Below are positions 36,816 to 48,719 of a stretch of 64,000 nt of DNA, in pieces. The notes beneath the pieces were generated by a model that made no database searches, was not told the DNA's origin, and worked only from the letters and a program-made list of their open reading frames with translations. This DNA is from Podarcis filfolensis (taxonomy: Eukaryota): the NCBI GenBank assembly GCA_964270895.1, contig OZ185443.1. One strand, written 5' to 3'. Position 1 is the first letter of the stretch. Each line of letters opens with the position of its first letter. The position numbers and the translations under genes are program-made.

Positions 36816-37912
36816 CATACTTACTGTAAGCACTGTACTTAAGAGGTGCTTTGAGGTGTGCCTCTTTCTTCCTTTAACTTCTTAAGCAGGTTCATGACTG
36901 CATAGTTTTTTAAAGAAATCCTTTAAAAAATGCTTCCAGGAAGTGATTGTACATTATAACGTACAGTCACTTCCTGGGGAATTCACTGGTAAAATGATGG
37001 CTGCCCCCATGTACCTGGAAGCATTTTAAAAGGAACCTGCTGTCTATATGATAGAGAGTGATTAAGGAGGGATGTGCATCCGGGTTTCTAGTATTCGCAT
37101 ACTGGCACTTCAGTGCTGTACTACTGAAGTGACACTGTTGCTTGCAACACCCTGTAGTAAAGTGTTTCTGCAATGTTACAACATTTTATTACATTCACAC
37201 ACACATACACACTTTTGTGTGTGTATTTTTCTCTGCAAGAATCAGTGTCTTTTTCTGTTATCGTGATTGGAGGCACTTCAAAACGACACCGAAAGGTGAA
37301 GAACACGTTGGAATAGGCACACCATTACTGCAGCGCTGGACTCAAGAGGTATTTGTAACATGTCTCTGGTGCAGACAAATGACAGCCAAGGCTGAAATTG
37401 TTGCTCATTTTTACCATGTTATTTGGATCATTTACACTAGGTTCACACATGCCATCATAAAGCCAAGTCAAGGCACTCAGTTCTTTTTTATTATTATAGT
37501 TCAGTGTAGCCATACAAGGACAGCTATGTGTGGCATGTCTATTGTATTATCATTGTACGCATAGCTGGCATAACTAAATTAACTTATGAAATTGGAAGAG
37601 GCTTGAACTGTTTGTCCTATAAGTGAAGAGCCAGGGCCTTATCAGCTGAACTACTCAATCCCAGCTTGCTGAACTTCTGAAGAACAATTTCATCTGAGCA
37701 ACGTGTTACTGAATCTTATTTAGAAGAACTCAATAGCTGTAGTTTCTCCACATCAGCAGAAGGAGCATCAAACATCATTTGCATTCTAACAGCTTATTCT
37801 AGGCACAAAAACTCCTTAAGGTGCTTACACACTCATCCACAAAGCTACACACATGAAATTAAAATTTAAGTTGTTGAGTGAATTTGTGAGCACCCTAACT
37901 CTTCCCTTGAAC

Positions 37913-38037
37913 CAGGGATAGGGAACCTATGGCACTCCAGCTATTGTTGGTCTCTAACTCTCATCAGCCCTCACCAGCCAATGGTCAAGATGATGGTGTT
38001 CAATGACAGCTAGAGAGCCACAGGTTCCATATCATCT
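37913..38037. mobile_element. hAT-type palindromic MITE (copy A)
   Basis: cagggatagggaacctatggc...gccacaggttccatatcatct, flanked by ccttgaac and ccttaaac (7/8 match). Confidence 0.7.
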
Positions 38038-38045
38038 CCTTAAAC

Positions 38046-38169
38046 CAGAGATAGCAGCATGGTACCCTTTAGATGTAGTTGAACTCCAGTTCCCATTATT
38101 GCTCGTAATTTGCCTTGATGGATGGGGCTGGTGGACAACTTCTAGAGGGCACCAGGTTAGCTATCTCTG
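38046..38169. mobile_element. hAT-type palindromic MITE (copy B)
   Basis: Perfect 10-bp TIR cagagatagc/gctatctctg that extends imperfectly inward. Flanked by ccttaaac and ccttaagc (7/8 match). Confidence 0.8.
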
Positions 38170-41100
38170 CCTTAAGCTAAACAATTATGGTGACTGATTG
38201 GGTTCTCAATCTTTTTGTGTTCAAAAAGCAAAAGGAAACCAGGAACTCTTTTCTACTTGTGTTGGCTTCCACAGAATTTAAAACCCTAATATTCCATGGC
38301 TCTGTCTTGTGCAGGGAGCCTATGTAAGTAGGGCAGACTCCCTTCTGCCAACATTTGCTTCAGTAACAGGTAGAGGTGCTAGCATGCTCATCCCCACCCA
38401 ACCCTGTGATTGGCCAAATAGAAAGACTAACAACACACTTATCCAAAACAAACATGCATCATTTAAACTTGGTACCAAATATAAATGCTGTTCTATCTAC
38501 CCAAACACTCCTCTTCATCACAAGTCACCTCCTGACATGAGATGGCTATGAGAGGAACATACTGACACAGTGCAAAGGAAGAAGAAAGAAAGAATTACAA
38601 TCCTAATTTACTGCTCTTTTATTGCTTTTAGTTTCATCCTCAGCTCCAGTTTGGTATTATACAACAATATCAGCTACTTCCAAAGCTTCAAAGATATTCA
38701 AAAGCTTCCTATTCCGAGTACCTATAGTTTCAATTCTATTTGACCAAACCAAAATCAAGACAGACACTCTCACCTCTGAATAATACTGACATGTTAATTT
38801 TTCTTAGCCACCTTACTTGGACTACTTATGTCTGGCTCCAATGTGGCTGGAAGCCTTAATCAGATACCACACTAATGGAAGGTATGTCAGTAATGATGTC
38901 AGATGAATAGCAGTCACATGGAAATAACCTCATTTGAAAAAAGAAAAACATCCAACAGTGAAATGCTTGTTTTTGAGCCTCTTTATGACTTGCCTGAAAA
39001 ATGAGCTGGTTCACAACGAAACTCGGCAAATGTATAAGCTGCTGCCCTCAGATTTTCACACTTCTCGGATTTTCACAATATTCTTTTCATATACCTAAAG
39101 CTAGACAAATAGTGGAATTCTCATTTAACTACTCATATCATCAGCTTCTTATGTCAGCACTCACAATGCATAATATAAAGCAGGGCTGTGCTTTAACTAC
39201 GATGGAGTAAGTCATTCGTGGAGCGAAAGTGTTTCAGTGCTTCAGATAATTTGCCTTGTAACACACTCACACATTTTTGATGGTCTCCCCTCTCAAGTAT
39301 GAAAGTGTGTTTTCCCTCTCTTCTTAGCTTTTGTTGGTTTTAGTGGAAGAGCAACCCTGTGAAACATGGGAAGGAACTATGATTTTTACAGCAAATGCAA
39401 CATGGAGGGGCTTGATAAACTGCCCCATCTCCTACGGTCTTATCTCCCTGCAGTCTTTTGTGTGTGGTACTGTACTTTCCTTCTCAGCTGAGCTCCGATA
39501 CAGGAAGAGAGTTTAACTGGGGGGAAAGCACTTAAGGGGGGTGGCTTTAGGAAGCTGTGGTCTCTTGTCTCCAGATGGAGAAAATTCAGCTCCCCCCTAC
39601 TCTCCCTGCATACCCCATTTGCTTTAGAAATCACTACGCACACCACCACATCACTACGCTTTTTCTGTGACTACAGTTACTTTTTCTGTGATTAGGGTAG
39701 GCCTGGATTTAAACATACCGCTTTGCCACCCTCAGGTCTGCTTCAGCCTTGTGATGCCCCAACTCATACCAGTTGGATGCATGCCCCAGCAGCTCATAGG
39801 ATTAAGCTGATTTAGTATTAGTATTATGAGTTTTAGTGTTATATCTGAGCATTACATTGGCCTACTGCAACACTGAATGTTTAAGTCTTTAACGGGAGAC
39901 TACTGTTAAAACACTAAGTAGAAACTGCTAAAATAAACAAGATAATTATCTAATTTTTATAATATATCTCATAAAATGTCTGCCTCTTGCCTTTATGAGG
40001 TTCCTAGATTAAATATAGGGCAGATGTCTTGTGTAATTTGCTCAGAAAACAGGAAAATTATTTTTTAAAATAGTCATAAAACTCACAAAATGAAAATGAA
40101 ACTAATTTAAGCCATATGTAGTCTACGGGTTCAAATGAAATGTAATTTTTGCCCCCTGAAGCTATGGATGGGCTAGTTATGAGACAAAAGACTTCTATTC
40201 TGCATGATTTATATTCTAAGATGTTCCTAAATGGTTTGTACAAATTGAGGTCCCTCTGAACATAAAAGATGGTTATTTGCATTTCCAGATAGCTTTGGCT
40301 ACTCTCCAAACACTAGTGGATTGAGACAAAAATGTTCTTGGCTTCCAGAGTGCATGAAAGACAATATTTTGTGGCTACTGTTTGAGGAACCTAATTAAAC
40401 TAGCAATGCATCTAAATAACAAACAGCTTGGATTTTATTGGATTGAGAATGTCCATGCTGTTGATGTTGGATGCAATACCATGTGCATATGTCCAACAAA
40501 CACATTCGAAACTGCCATAGAAAGGGCCTTAAGGAAACTAAATGCAAGGTTATAAATCTTGATCTCTGTGTGCATTCTCATTCACCCCTATTGCTACTTG
40601 GTAAGGCTTCCCATTCACTGTAATGGAGGTGAAGCTACAGCTATCTATTCCTTTGTGTGTATTGACTTTCTCACTGAAACAAAAGATGAAATCCTTAATG
40701 GGTGTACCTTAACTTCCCCAACCACAATGTTTTGAATCCAATCTAATCCTACAAAGCACTGTGCTGAAGGGTAAATTTGTTTGCAATTATGTGTACAGGC
40801 AACCCCCGATTTGCATAGAGGTCATGTTCTGGGTCATTGCATGTGATGGTGGAGCATGCATAAGTCCACTTTGCACCCATTGTGGCCCATTCGAGCCCCA
40901 CTCCATTCTGCTCCATTCTGGTTTAATTTACATATATTTACACCTAAAATCTTCAATGGAGGCAGTGCAGAACATTACACCCCAAGAGTGTCTATTGTTG
41001 CTCCCCTCAAAGCTTCAGCAAGCTTGGTTCCAAAACAGCAGCCAGTCATGGCCCCCAGTCTCTCAGCACAGCTTCATCCCACCAGTGGCTGCATGGAGCA

Positions 41101-43435
41101 TAGCTGTCAACTTTTCCCTTTTCTTGCGAGGAATCCTATTTGGAATAATGGAATTTCCCTTTTAAAAAGGGAGGGGAGAACTCCAAGCTATGGCATGGAG
41201 TTCGCCTACATCCTCCTCCTTCTTCCCAGAATGCCTTGCCAAGAGCAACACATCCCCTTCTGTCTGCTCAACCCCCTTCTCCAGACCTCTGTTTTTCAGA
41301 AGGACAACATTTTTCTTGTGTGACATCATACCCACATTACCATGGCAACCTCCATTTCACAGACCCAAGCATCTTCCTTTGATGGGCCATCAACACCTTT
41401 GTCATGCTTAATGACTTCCATCCCAGGGGGCGGTTCCACACATTTAGAATTTTCTAACATTCAGTAACTTATTAGAACTATGGGTACTTTTGTACCCCCA
41501 AACTCTGGTACCCCAAATCCATAACAATATGGTCAGTTTAACTGGTACCCTTTAAAGTTATTTGGATGCCAACTCAGCTGATGACAACTGAGATATAGAA
41601 TCTGATGACAAATGAGATATATAACTTTTATTTAATCTGAAATAAATAAAAATCTTCAATCCGTTAAATCTAGAGAAATCCCATTTGAAAGAATCCATAT
41701 AAAATTGGGAAAGAGTCCAGGTTTCTTCATTTTTTTGCTTTGCTCTTTTATCTGCATAAAGCTAAATTCTTGTATCTCAGTGGGTTTAAGCAGACTGGTG
41801 GAAGAATTTGATTCATGGGCACATACTAGTGTAAAACACTAGGTACTGTGTGTGCTGCCAGTAAACAAAGGATTAGAAACATTTTCTTTTTGTGCCCATT
41901 AGTGGTGAAGAAATATTTGAGGTTTATAGTCCCTAAGCACACATAGAGAAAATACTTCGGCAATGAATATAAACAGTTTTATAGCTTACCATAGGGCAAG
42001 AGGAAGCCACAAAAGTGGAGAGGCAGCAGCTGTTCAGGGAATGAGAAGCAGGAGTTATGGATCCACCTACTGATAAACTATGGATGTGCAAAAAGTGGGT
42101 AATGGAATTTAGCTGCCCTTTTAAAATAATGGCTAAATTCAAGAACAGGGGGACTGAAAGATGAAGACCCTGAAGCACAGATAGCAAAGCACTTTTGTGG
42201 TCACAAAATACTAACAGCAAAATACAAAGCAAAGGCCTGTATTAATGACTTGTATGTAAAGTTCTAAGACACAGGGAAAACTTCAGTATGCCCTGCATTA
42301 TACTGTGACTCTGTTTGGCACTGGATGCATGCCAGTAAGACAGAATGGCATGATACTGTTCTGTGGAGCAGTTTTTCATCAGATGCACATTGGTGTGTCC
42401 AAAATCTTCTGCATGCATATACCTAGCTGCCTGAAGAATCACACATGGTGGGGAGGGGGGAGTGCTGGAAATGCAGTTCATTTCCCCAGTGTAGCTTTCT
42501 AATCCAGCTATAATGCTTCTGATAAGCTGTCGAGGAAATTGAGTGGGCAGACTGATGCAATTGCCAGTTTCCTGAGAGGGCACCACATGTGCAATGCCAT
42601 TGGAGACATGGGCACATTTTTTTGCTCCTAATGGCTGGCAAAATGCTCTGGGTGTTAGTGAAAACACAGTTGATGTAGATTAATGTATTCCCAGTTTTGT
42701 TGCCACAGTATTTATGTTGGGCATAGGTGTCAACTCTATGGAGCTGAGGACAGTTCATCCCCCTCCCCAAAGTATGCGGGGACAAGGCTGAGCCCCCCAA
42801 TCCCAAGACAGAAATTGTTGAAAAGGGAGTTGTTAAGTCTGTACACTGGTGGCATGTATTCGTGTAGAAGTTGGTTTTATGCCCATTGGATATTATATTT
42901 TACATCCATTGATGTATTAATAAAAGATCAGAAAGCAGTCCGTGAAATAGTTGTTTGGAAGATGTAAAGAGTATAAACAGAGGTGAGACTAGTCATAATT
43001 GGCTGCATTCAAATGCAGGCATCTTTCTCATGCACCCCCTGAATGCACACCTGTGAGTGGGACTGTGTGATATAGTTGTGTGCACATAGGTGCCCTTTTA
43101 AACTACACAACCACTGGGGGTCATGGTCAAGTGTCATGCCAGGGTCAGGGGAACTGGCTAGTAGGTATGACTCCATTCTCCTTCATGCATTACCTGAATG
43201 ATTGGCACAGTTGTCTGCATAGTCTTTGTCTGAGTTTTGGTTTAGAAGAACTTGCCAAGTTAGAAGAATACCAAAGAAATAATGTACCCATATTGCTTCC
43301 CTCTATATATGGAATATCATAGGTTGTCATCTGTTTTTGCTGTTTATCCTTCTATCAAAACATTTTGTGGGACTGAAACATATATGTTTGAATTGAGGAT
43401 ACTGTACTATTTTCTTCCTTTGAGCAGTCACAGCA

Positions 43436-43664
43436 CTAGGTATGAGCAGTTTTGGTTTCTCTCATTTTTCCAGTCTTGAGTTAAGTTCTGCACATTTTCA
43501 TATCAGTTTGCTTTTCTTTTTTTTTAATCATTAAAGTTTTAGTGAGAATTTCTCTTCATGTACACAGCTGTCTTCCAATTATGCAAGTATGCTTGTGTGC
43601 AATTCTGCAAAAAATACAGGTTTTTGCAAAGCAATTTTGCCATAAAATGCATTTTTGTGTGTTT

Positions 43665-43696
<32 letters not shown>
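43436..43696 (+). mobile_element. 5' part of the 32257-type repeat, ending in a (CA)n tract
   Basis: tttctctcatttttccagtcttgagtt...cacattttcatatcagtttgc matches 32280-32350. CA run at 43668-43696. Confidence 0.55.
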
Positions 43697-43698
<2 letters not shown>

Positions 43699-44030
43699 AT
43701 TATATTATATTGTGATGCCCAATTTATAATTTGCCAAGGAAGAAACAGCTTGAAGACTTGTTTATATAGGTTAAGGGAGTTAATGATACTGATAAAAGTG
43801 AGTTCCTTGTTTCTGAGTGTAATAAAATTATTATGTTTAAGGAAGCAAGATTTGCTGCTCAGCATTCCATGGTGGTTAATGGAGGATAATTTTTAAGATG
43901 AAAAACAGTACTAGGAGATGTCACTGATTTATGTTGTATTTTGTGTCCTGTTGTGTTGTTTGTTTGCTGCTGCATAAGTTTTTGTTTGTATGTTTGTTTT
44001 GTTTAGTTAACTAAATAATTAAACTGAATT

Positions 44031-44123
44031 AGCGTCGCAATCCTAACTCCAGTTACCTGGGAGAAATCCACTTGAATTTAAAATGACTTACTTCTGAGAA
44101 AACACAGCTAGGGTTGTACTGTA
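44031..44123. repeat. Old squamate palindromic short repeat
   Basis: gcaatccta...ttacctgggagaaatcc...tgacttacttctgag...tagggttgtactgta, with weakly self-complementary ends. Family recalled from memory. Confidence 0.55.
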
Positions 44124-45951
44124 ATACCCCATGCTATATTCCAGTTATACCTTTCATAACTATGGTTCAATTATTATGCAGTGTGGTTAGTAATACAAAC
44201 ATGTGAAGTATAAAACTGTCCCTAATTTATAGCAGCATGAAATGCACATTAGTTTTAACAAAGTATAGTTTCAGTCATGGAAAAACTTCCCAGAAGAATA
44301 AGAGATTTGGGGAATGTGGCATTTAACAGATATGTATCTTTCCTGTTCTTAAGGGAAGAAGCTCAAGAATCTGGTACACTTAAAGCCAAAGCAACAGAGG
44401 TGATAGCAAAACTCACTCTGTTAAGGCTGGCTGCACAGCTTTACTGAAAATCTAGTGACAGAGAAAAACATAAATCAAGTGCCTTATCATTCTAACTTCC
44501 CTGCCTGCCAAATGGGGGTTCAGTTTATCAGCGACCTATGGACTCACTGCCGGCATTCACACTTACAGCTGGGCAGGAGGGTGGAATAAATGGAAGCTAA
44601 ATAGCTGTTCTAAAACATGTTCATGTAAACAACCTAAGGTAGGACTTCCTTGAACTGCCAGTTACCTAAGCATGATCCATCTCACTAAACTGTACCCTTG
44701 ATGGAAGTGTATCATTGGTATCTCAAAAGGAAAGCAAATAAAGTAACAATGCATTTAAGGGCAGGGTGGGTCATCTTAATAGCATTTCCACAAAGTAAGG
44801 GGGGAATAGCATTCTGCAAGAGGTCCACAGTACTGTGTTTGTTGTGGTAGGATTGGGGAACAGAAAGGAAACGTCTTAGGGAGAAGAAAGGGGGAAGGCC
44901 TCTTTGAAGCAGCTTTGCATAACCATGTGGCTCCTCTCTAAAACGTGTGCTGCTTCGCTGCTTACTCTTGCTTTCAGACCAAGTTAGAAGCAATATCAGC
45001 CAAGTAAGGAGTCATTTTAAAATTAAGAGGAAAAGGAACCAGACGGCACGAGCGAACAGAGGCACATCTGTAAAACGCACCAGGCTTTCTAAGCATCTCT
45101 GCAGGCTATTCGGAGGAAATAGCATCTGAAAGTTACAAAAGTGACCTTAATTTGAACCAAGGGAATGTGATTATTTTTGAACTGAAATGTTAAAATGAAG
45201 TTGGGATTAAATGTTTCACCACTGCTAATGCCTCCTAACTTCCCTTGGCACTGCATTCACATTTTGTATGTCAGCTTAGTTTTCATGTTCCCCTCATTTG
45301 GTCTTCTGGTTTCTTTGACCTCAGTGTGACATTGCAGTTGGTTGATTAATTACTGCTAAATGGCAACTGTGTTTATTAAATGGAATCTTTGTCACCGGAT
45401 CAGCAGAGTAACAATGCCACAATTCAGTTTGATCACTTTAGATGCTGCCCCATTGATCTGTGTATGTTTAATTTGTGACTGGATTTGTGATTGGACATGA
45501 AACTCGATGCTCAAAGTGTAAATGCCCCCAATAAATAAAAGCATACCCATCACATAATACTATCTGAGAACTTGCAGGAGACATTAATAATCCATTTGAA
45601 CCTAAGGAGTCTGAAAACTAGGCCTGAGGGCTTCTCCTGATAACAACAGTAAAAACTGTGGAGCAAGATTGTTATGTATCTTACTTGGCAGATGACAGCT
45701 GATCTCGTTGATAAGACTACGTTCTGAGATAAATTTCAGCAAAAGTGAACTTGAGGAACTCTCATACTTCAACTGCAAAGGGAGACAGGATATCAGTAAA
45801 GTGGAGAAAGTTAATGTAAATAGCTGGCATTGACTAGAAAGATAGTGATTACTGATGCATCACAGTAAATACTGGATCATCTTTTCTCCCTGTGATCATG
45901 ACCAAACAAACCATGAAGAAGATGTCTATTGCATACAGATTTTGGTTAGAG

Positions 45952-46125
45952 GAGGGAGTAGAGCTCAGTAGCTTAGTACATGGTTTTCCTGCTGCAAGTC
46001 CCAGGTTTAATTCCCATCATCTCAAGTTCAAAAAGGCACAAGCAGTGATTATATGAAATGACTGAGACATTAGGGAGGCACTGGTAGCCCACACAGAGAG
46101 CACTCTGCTAGACAGACCAATAGTT
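45952..46125 (+). mobile_element. Highly degenerate tRNA-derived SINE
   Basis: gtagagctcagtag...gtcccaggtttaattccc head, and a body ending ctagacagaccaatagtttg like the SINE at 6205. Confidence 0.45.
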
Positions 46126-46494
46126 TGTGTATTACACATACCAAAAATGAATGGAGCTTTCCCAGTTCTTTATGAATTTATTGTGTTCCTATTGACCTTA
46201 AACTAAGAATTTAGCAATAAAGTTTTCCACAATTTCCATTCAACAATGGCAGAAAGTTTATTTTTATTAGTCGATACAAATTAGAATGAAGAAATATAGA
46301 ATAAAGACGTATACACCTTAATACCATTAGACACTAGCCTCAAAGGAAAGTTGGGACAACAAAGTAACAATGCTTTCTTAAAAATAGATAGGCACTGGTG
46401 AGGGTAGCCTTCTCTGTTTCCCACATTCTAGGCAGAACATACTGCTACAGCCATATGTTCCTATGCAGTTTGATCATTAACAAAAGTCCTTTTC

Positions 46495-46640
46495 CAGATT
46501 CCCCCATCAACCAAGTTGGGACAGGTGATGGCTGAGGAGAGCGCATTCTCAGCAGTGGCACTTCAACTGTGGAATGTTTATGCAAGGGAGTCTCATCTGG
46601 GGCTTACTTTAATGTCTCTTTGGGTGCAAAGCATAGACTA
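46495..46640 (+). mobile_element. Old L2 ORF2 C-terminal fragment
   Basis: Translates to MAEESAFSAVALQLWN (L2 RAFSVxAPxLWN motif). Confidence 0.55.
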
Positions 46641-48164
46641 GAATGAACCACCTCTCCTCCATGGTCAGATAAAGCATCATTTTCTTTTTCCCAAATTATT
46701 TTGACTGACACAGCATCTGGGACATTTTGGGGAATAGTGAATGCCATTTCTTAAATGTTTTGTTTTGTTTTTAATATAAGCAGTGCTGTGCAATGGTACG
46801 TGATTATGGTACCATTATGATATTTGGTGGGTCTGCTTTATGGAGAGCAAATGAGGTTACAGCAATGTCTCATTTTTTTCCAATTTGTAAAATCTGAACT
46901 TTGGATAACACACAGTTCTGTGAACATTTAGCCACAAAGGTTTTGTACCCAAAGCTAGAGACATTAAATAAAACTCCACTACTTATGCAATAAGCAAAAT
47001 AGCATTTTTAAAATTTTGAACAAAACCAAGCAGCCCCTTGCCAAGAAAAAAAAAATCATATTAACAGCAAATGATAATTTAATTCAACAACCTTGTTTAG
47101 AAAATAGCATATGAAGATCATTATAGAAAAAGTACTTTATGCTCTTATGATTTTTTGGGGGGGGGGGAATATCTCCCCAAATGTTAAGTGCCAGACATTG
47201 TACCATCTGGAGACATTAAAACACTCTTGGCCAGAGGCTAAACACCACTAATAAACTCTCAAGTCTAAGTGAAGCAATAAAAACCATAATCACAAGCCTT
47301 TCTAAAAGGATTATTATAAAGGTGATTTTTGACCACCACTAATAGTCAACAGACAAGGATACACAAATGATAATGCCCCTCCTTGTCTTTGGCATATTCT
47401 CTTAAGATGGCCTTGGAGAATTGTCATCACTAATTGGATCTAGAAAGATAATGAAAGTTTCTCAAAGGCAGTTCTTTAAATTAGCAATAGTCACAAGCAA
47501 AGTGCAGGTCAATAAAGTGCTCAGGCATACAGCACCGAGGGATAAATCAGTAGAACAGACGTAATTACTTCAACAGTGATTTACATCCTGTTGAATTAGT
47601 AGATAATGTGGCCTGTATGCCAGGGATATATGCTAATAGCGAGGTGAAGCAGATTTGGCAAGTAAATATGCTAAGTACATTACTGGGTTTAAGATTTAGA
47701 TCTGATGAAATTGGAAGATTTTTTAAAATAAAAAAAGCACCCTGAGATTACCTAACCACACCCATTTCTTGATCTTAGTTTATCTCGCATGGTAAAAACC
47801 AACTGTCACCACGTGATGGTGCATCCTGGTTGGATATTTGCCATCCAGTAATGAATATTGCGTGCTAACAATTAACACGAAAATTGGGTCAGAGATAATG
47901 CTCACAAAACCGGCTACAAAATAAAGGCCAGTTTAAATGACTCCTATTCAACTCTGTATCCACATGGCAAACTATTGTCAGGAGGGCCTCCACCTGCAGC
48001 ACCAGGCTAGGCTCCAACTCATATTAGGAAGGACCAGCCAGACCAGATCCATCAGCCTAGAGGATCTGGAGTCAGATGTCAGCTCTAAGTAAACCCAGCA
48101 GTCATGGAATAACAGATGTCTGGGTAAGCTTAGCAGTCATGGAATAAAAGGAGAGATCCTCTAG

Positions 48165-48295
48165 TAGGGTTGCCATATGTCCTCTTTTTCCAAGACACGT
48201 CCTCTTTTTCATGGGTAAAGTCATCATAGTGATCCATTGTTAGAAGTCAGCAAATGTGTCCACTTTTTTTTGCTCTTCAAAATATGGCAGCCCTA
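48165..48295. mobile_element. hAT (Tip100/Blackjack-like) MITE nested in CR1
   Basis: TIRs tagggttgccatat/atatggcagcccta (13/14 match). No TSD retained. Confidence 0.75.
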
Positions 48296-48462
48296 GACAG
48301 GAATCACGATAGGAATAAAGAGTTTTCCCAATGAAAGGATGTAGAAAGTGAAGTCTCCCAAGGACTGGTATTGGTACCTGTACTTTTTAACTTGTCCATA
48401 AATGAGTTGACTTAAGGACAAGCAGTAAACTTGCTGATGTTGATAGTAAATTATTCAAAGTA

Positions 48463-48719
48463 CAGTGGTATCTCCGGTTAGGAACTTAATCCATTTCAGA
48501 GGTCCGTTCTCAACCTGAAACTGCTTGTAACATGAGGCGCGCTTTCGCTAATGGCGCCTCCCGCTGCTGCTGTGCTGTCGGCGCACAACTTCCGCTCACA
48601 TCCCAGGACAAAGGTCACAACCAGCAGCATCTACTTCCGGGTTAGTGGAACTCATAACCCGCAGCGTTATGAGTTCCACTAACGGTACGGGGAACGGTAC
48701 GTAACACAAGGTTCCACTG
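48463..48719 (+). mobile_element. pogo/Tigger-type MITE nested in CR1, with internal inversion
   Basis: TA-cagtggtatctcc...ggttccactg-TA. Removing it rejoins the CR1 codons aaa gta|gtc aaa. Confidence 0.85.

Noticed and set aside
40761-41411. Three overlapping ORFs (134, 155 and 73 aa)
   Set aside because: No recognisable motifs or coherent splice boundaries; consistent with a local scarcity of stop codons.
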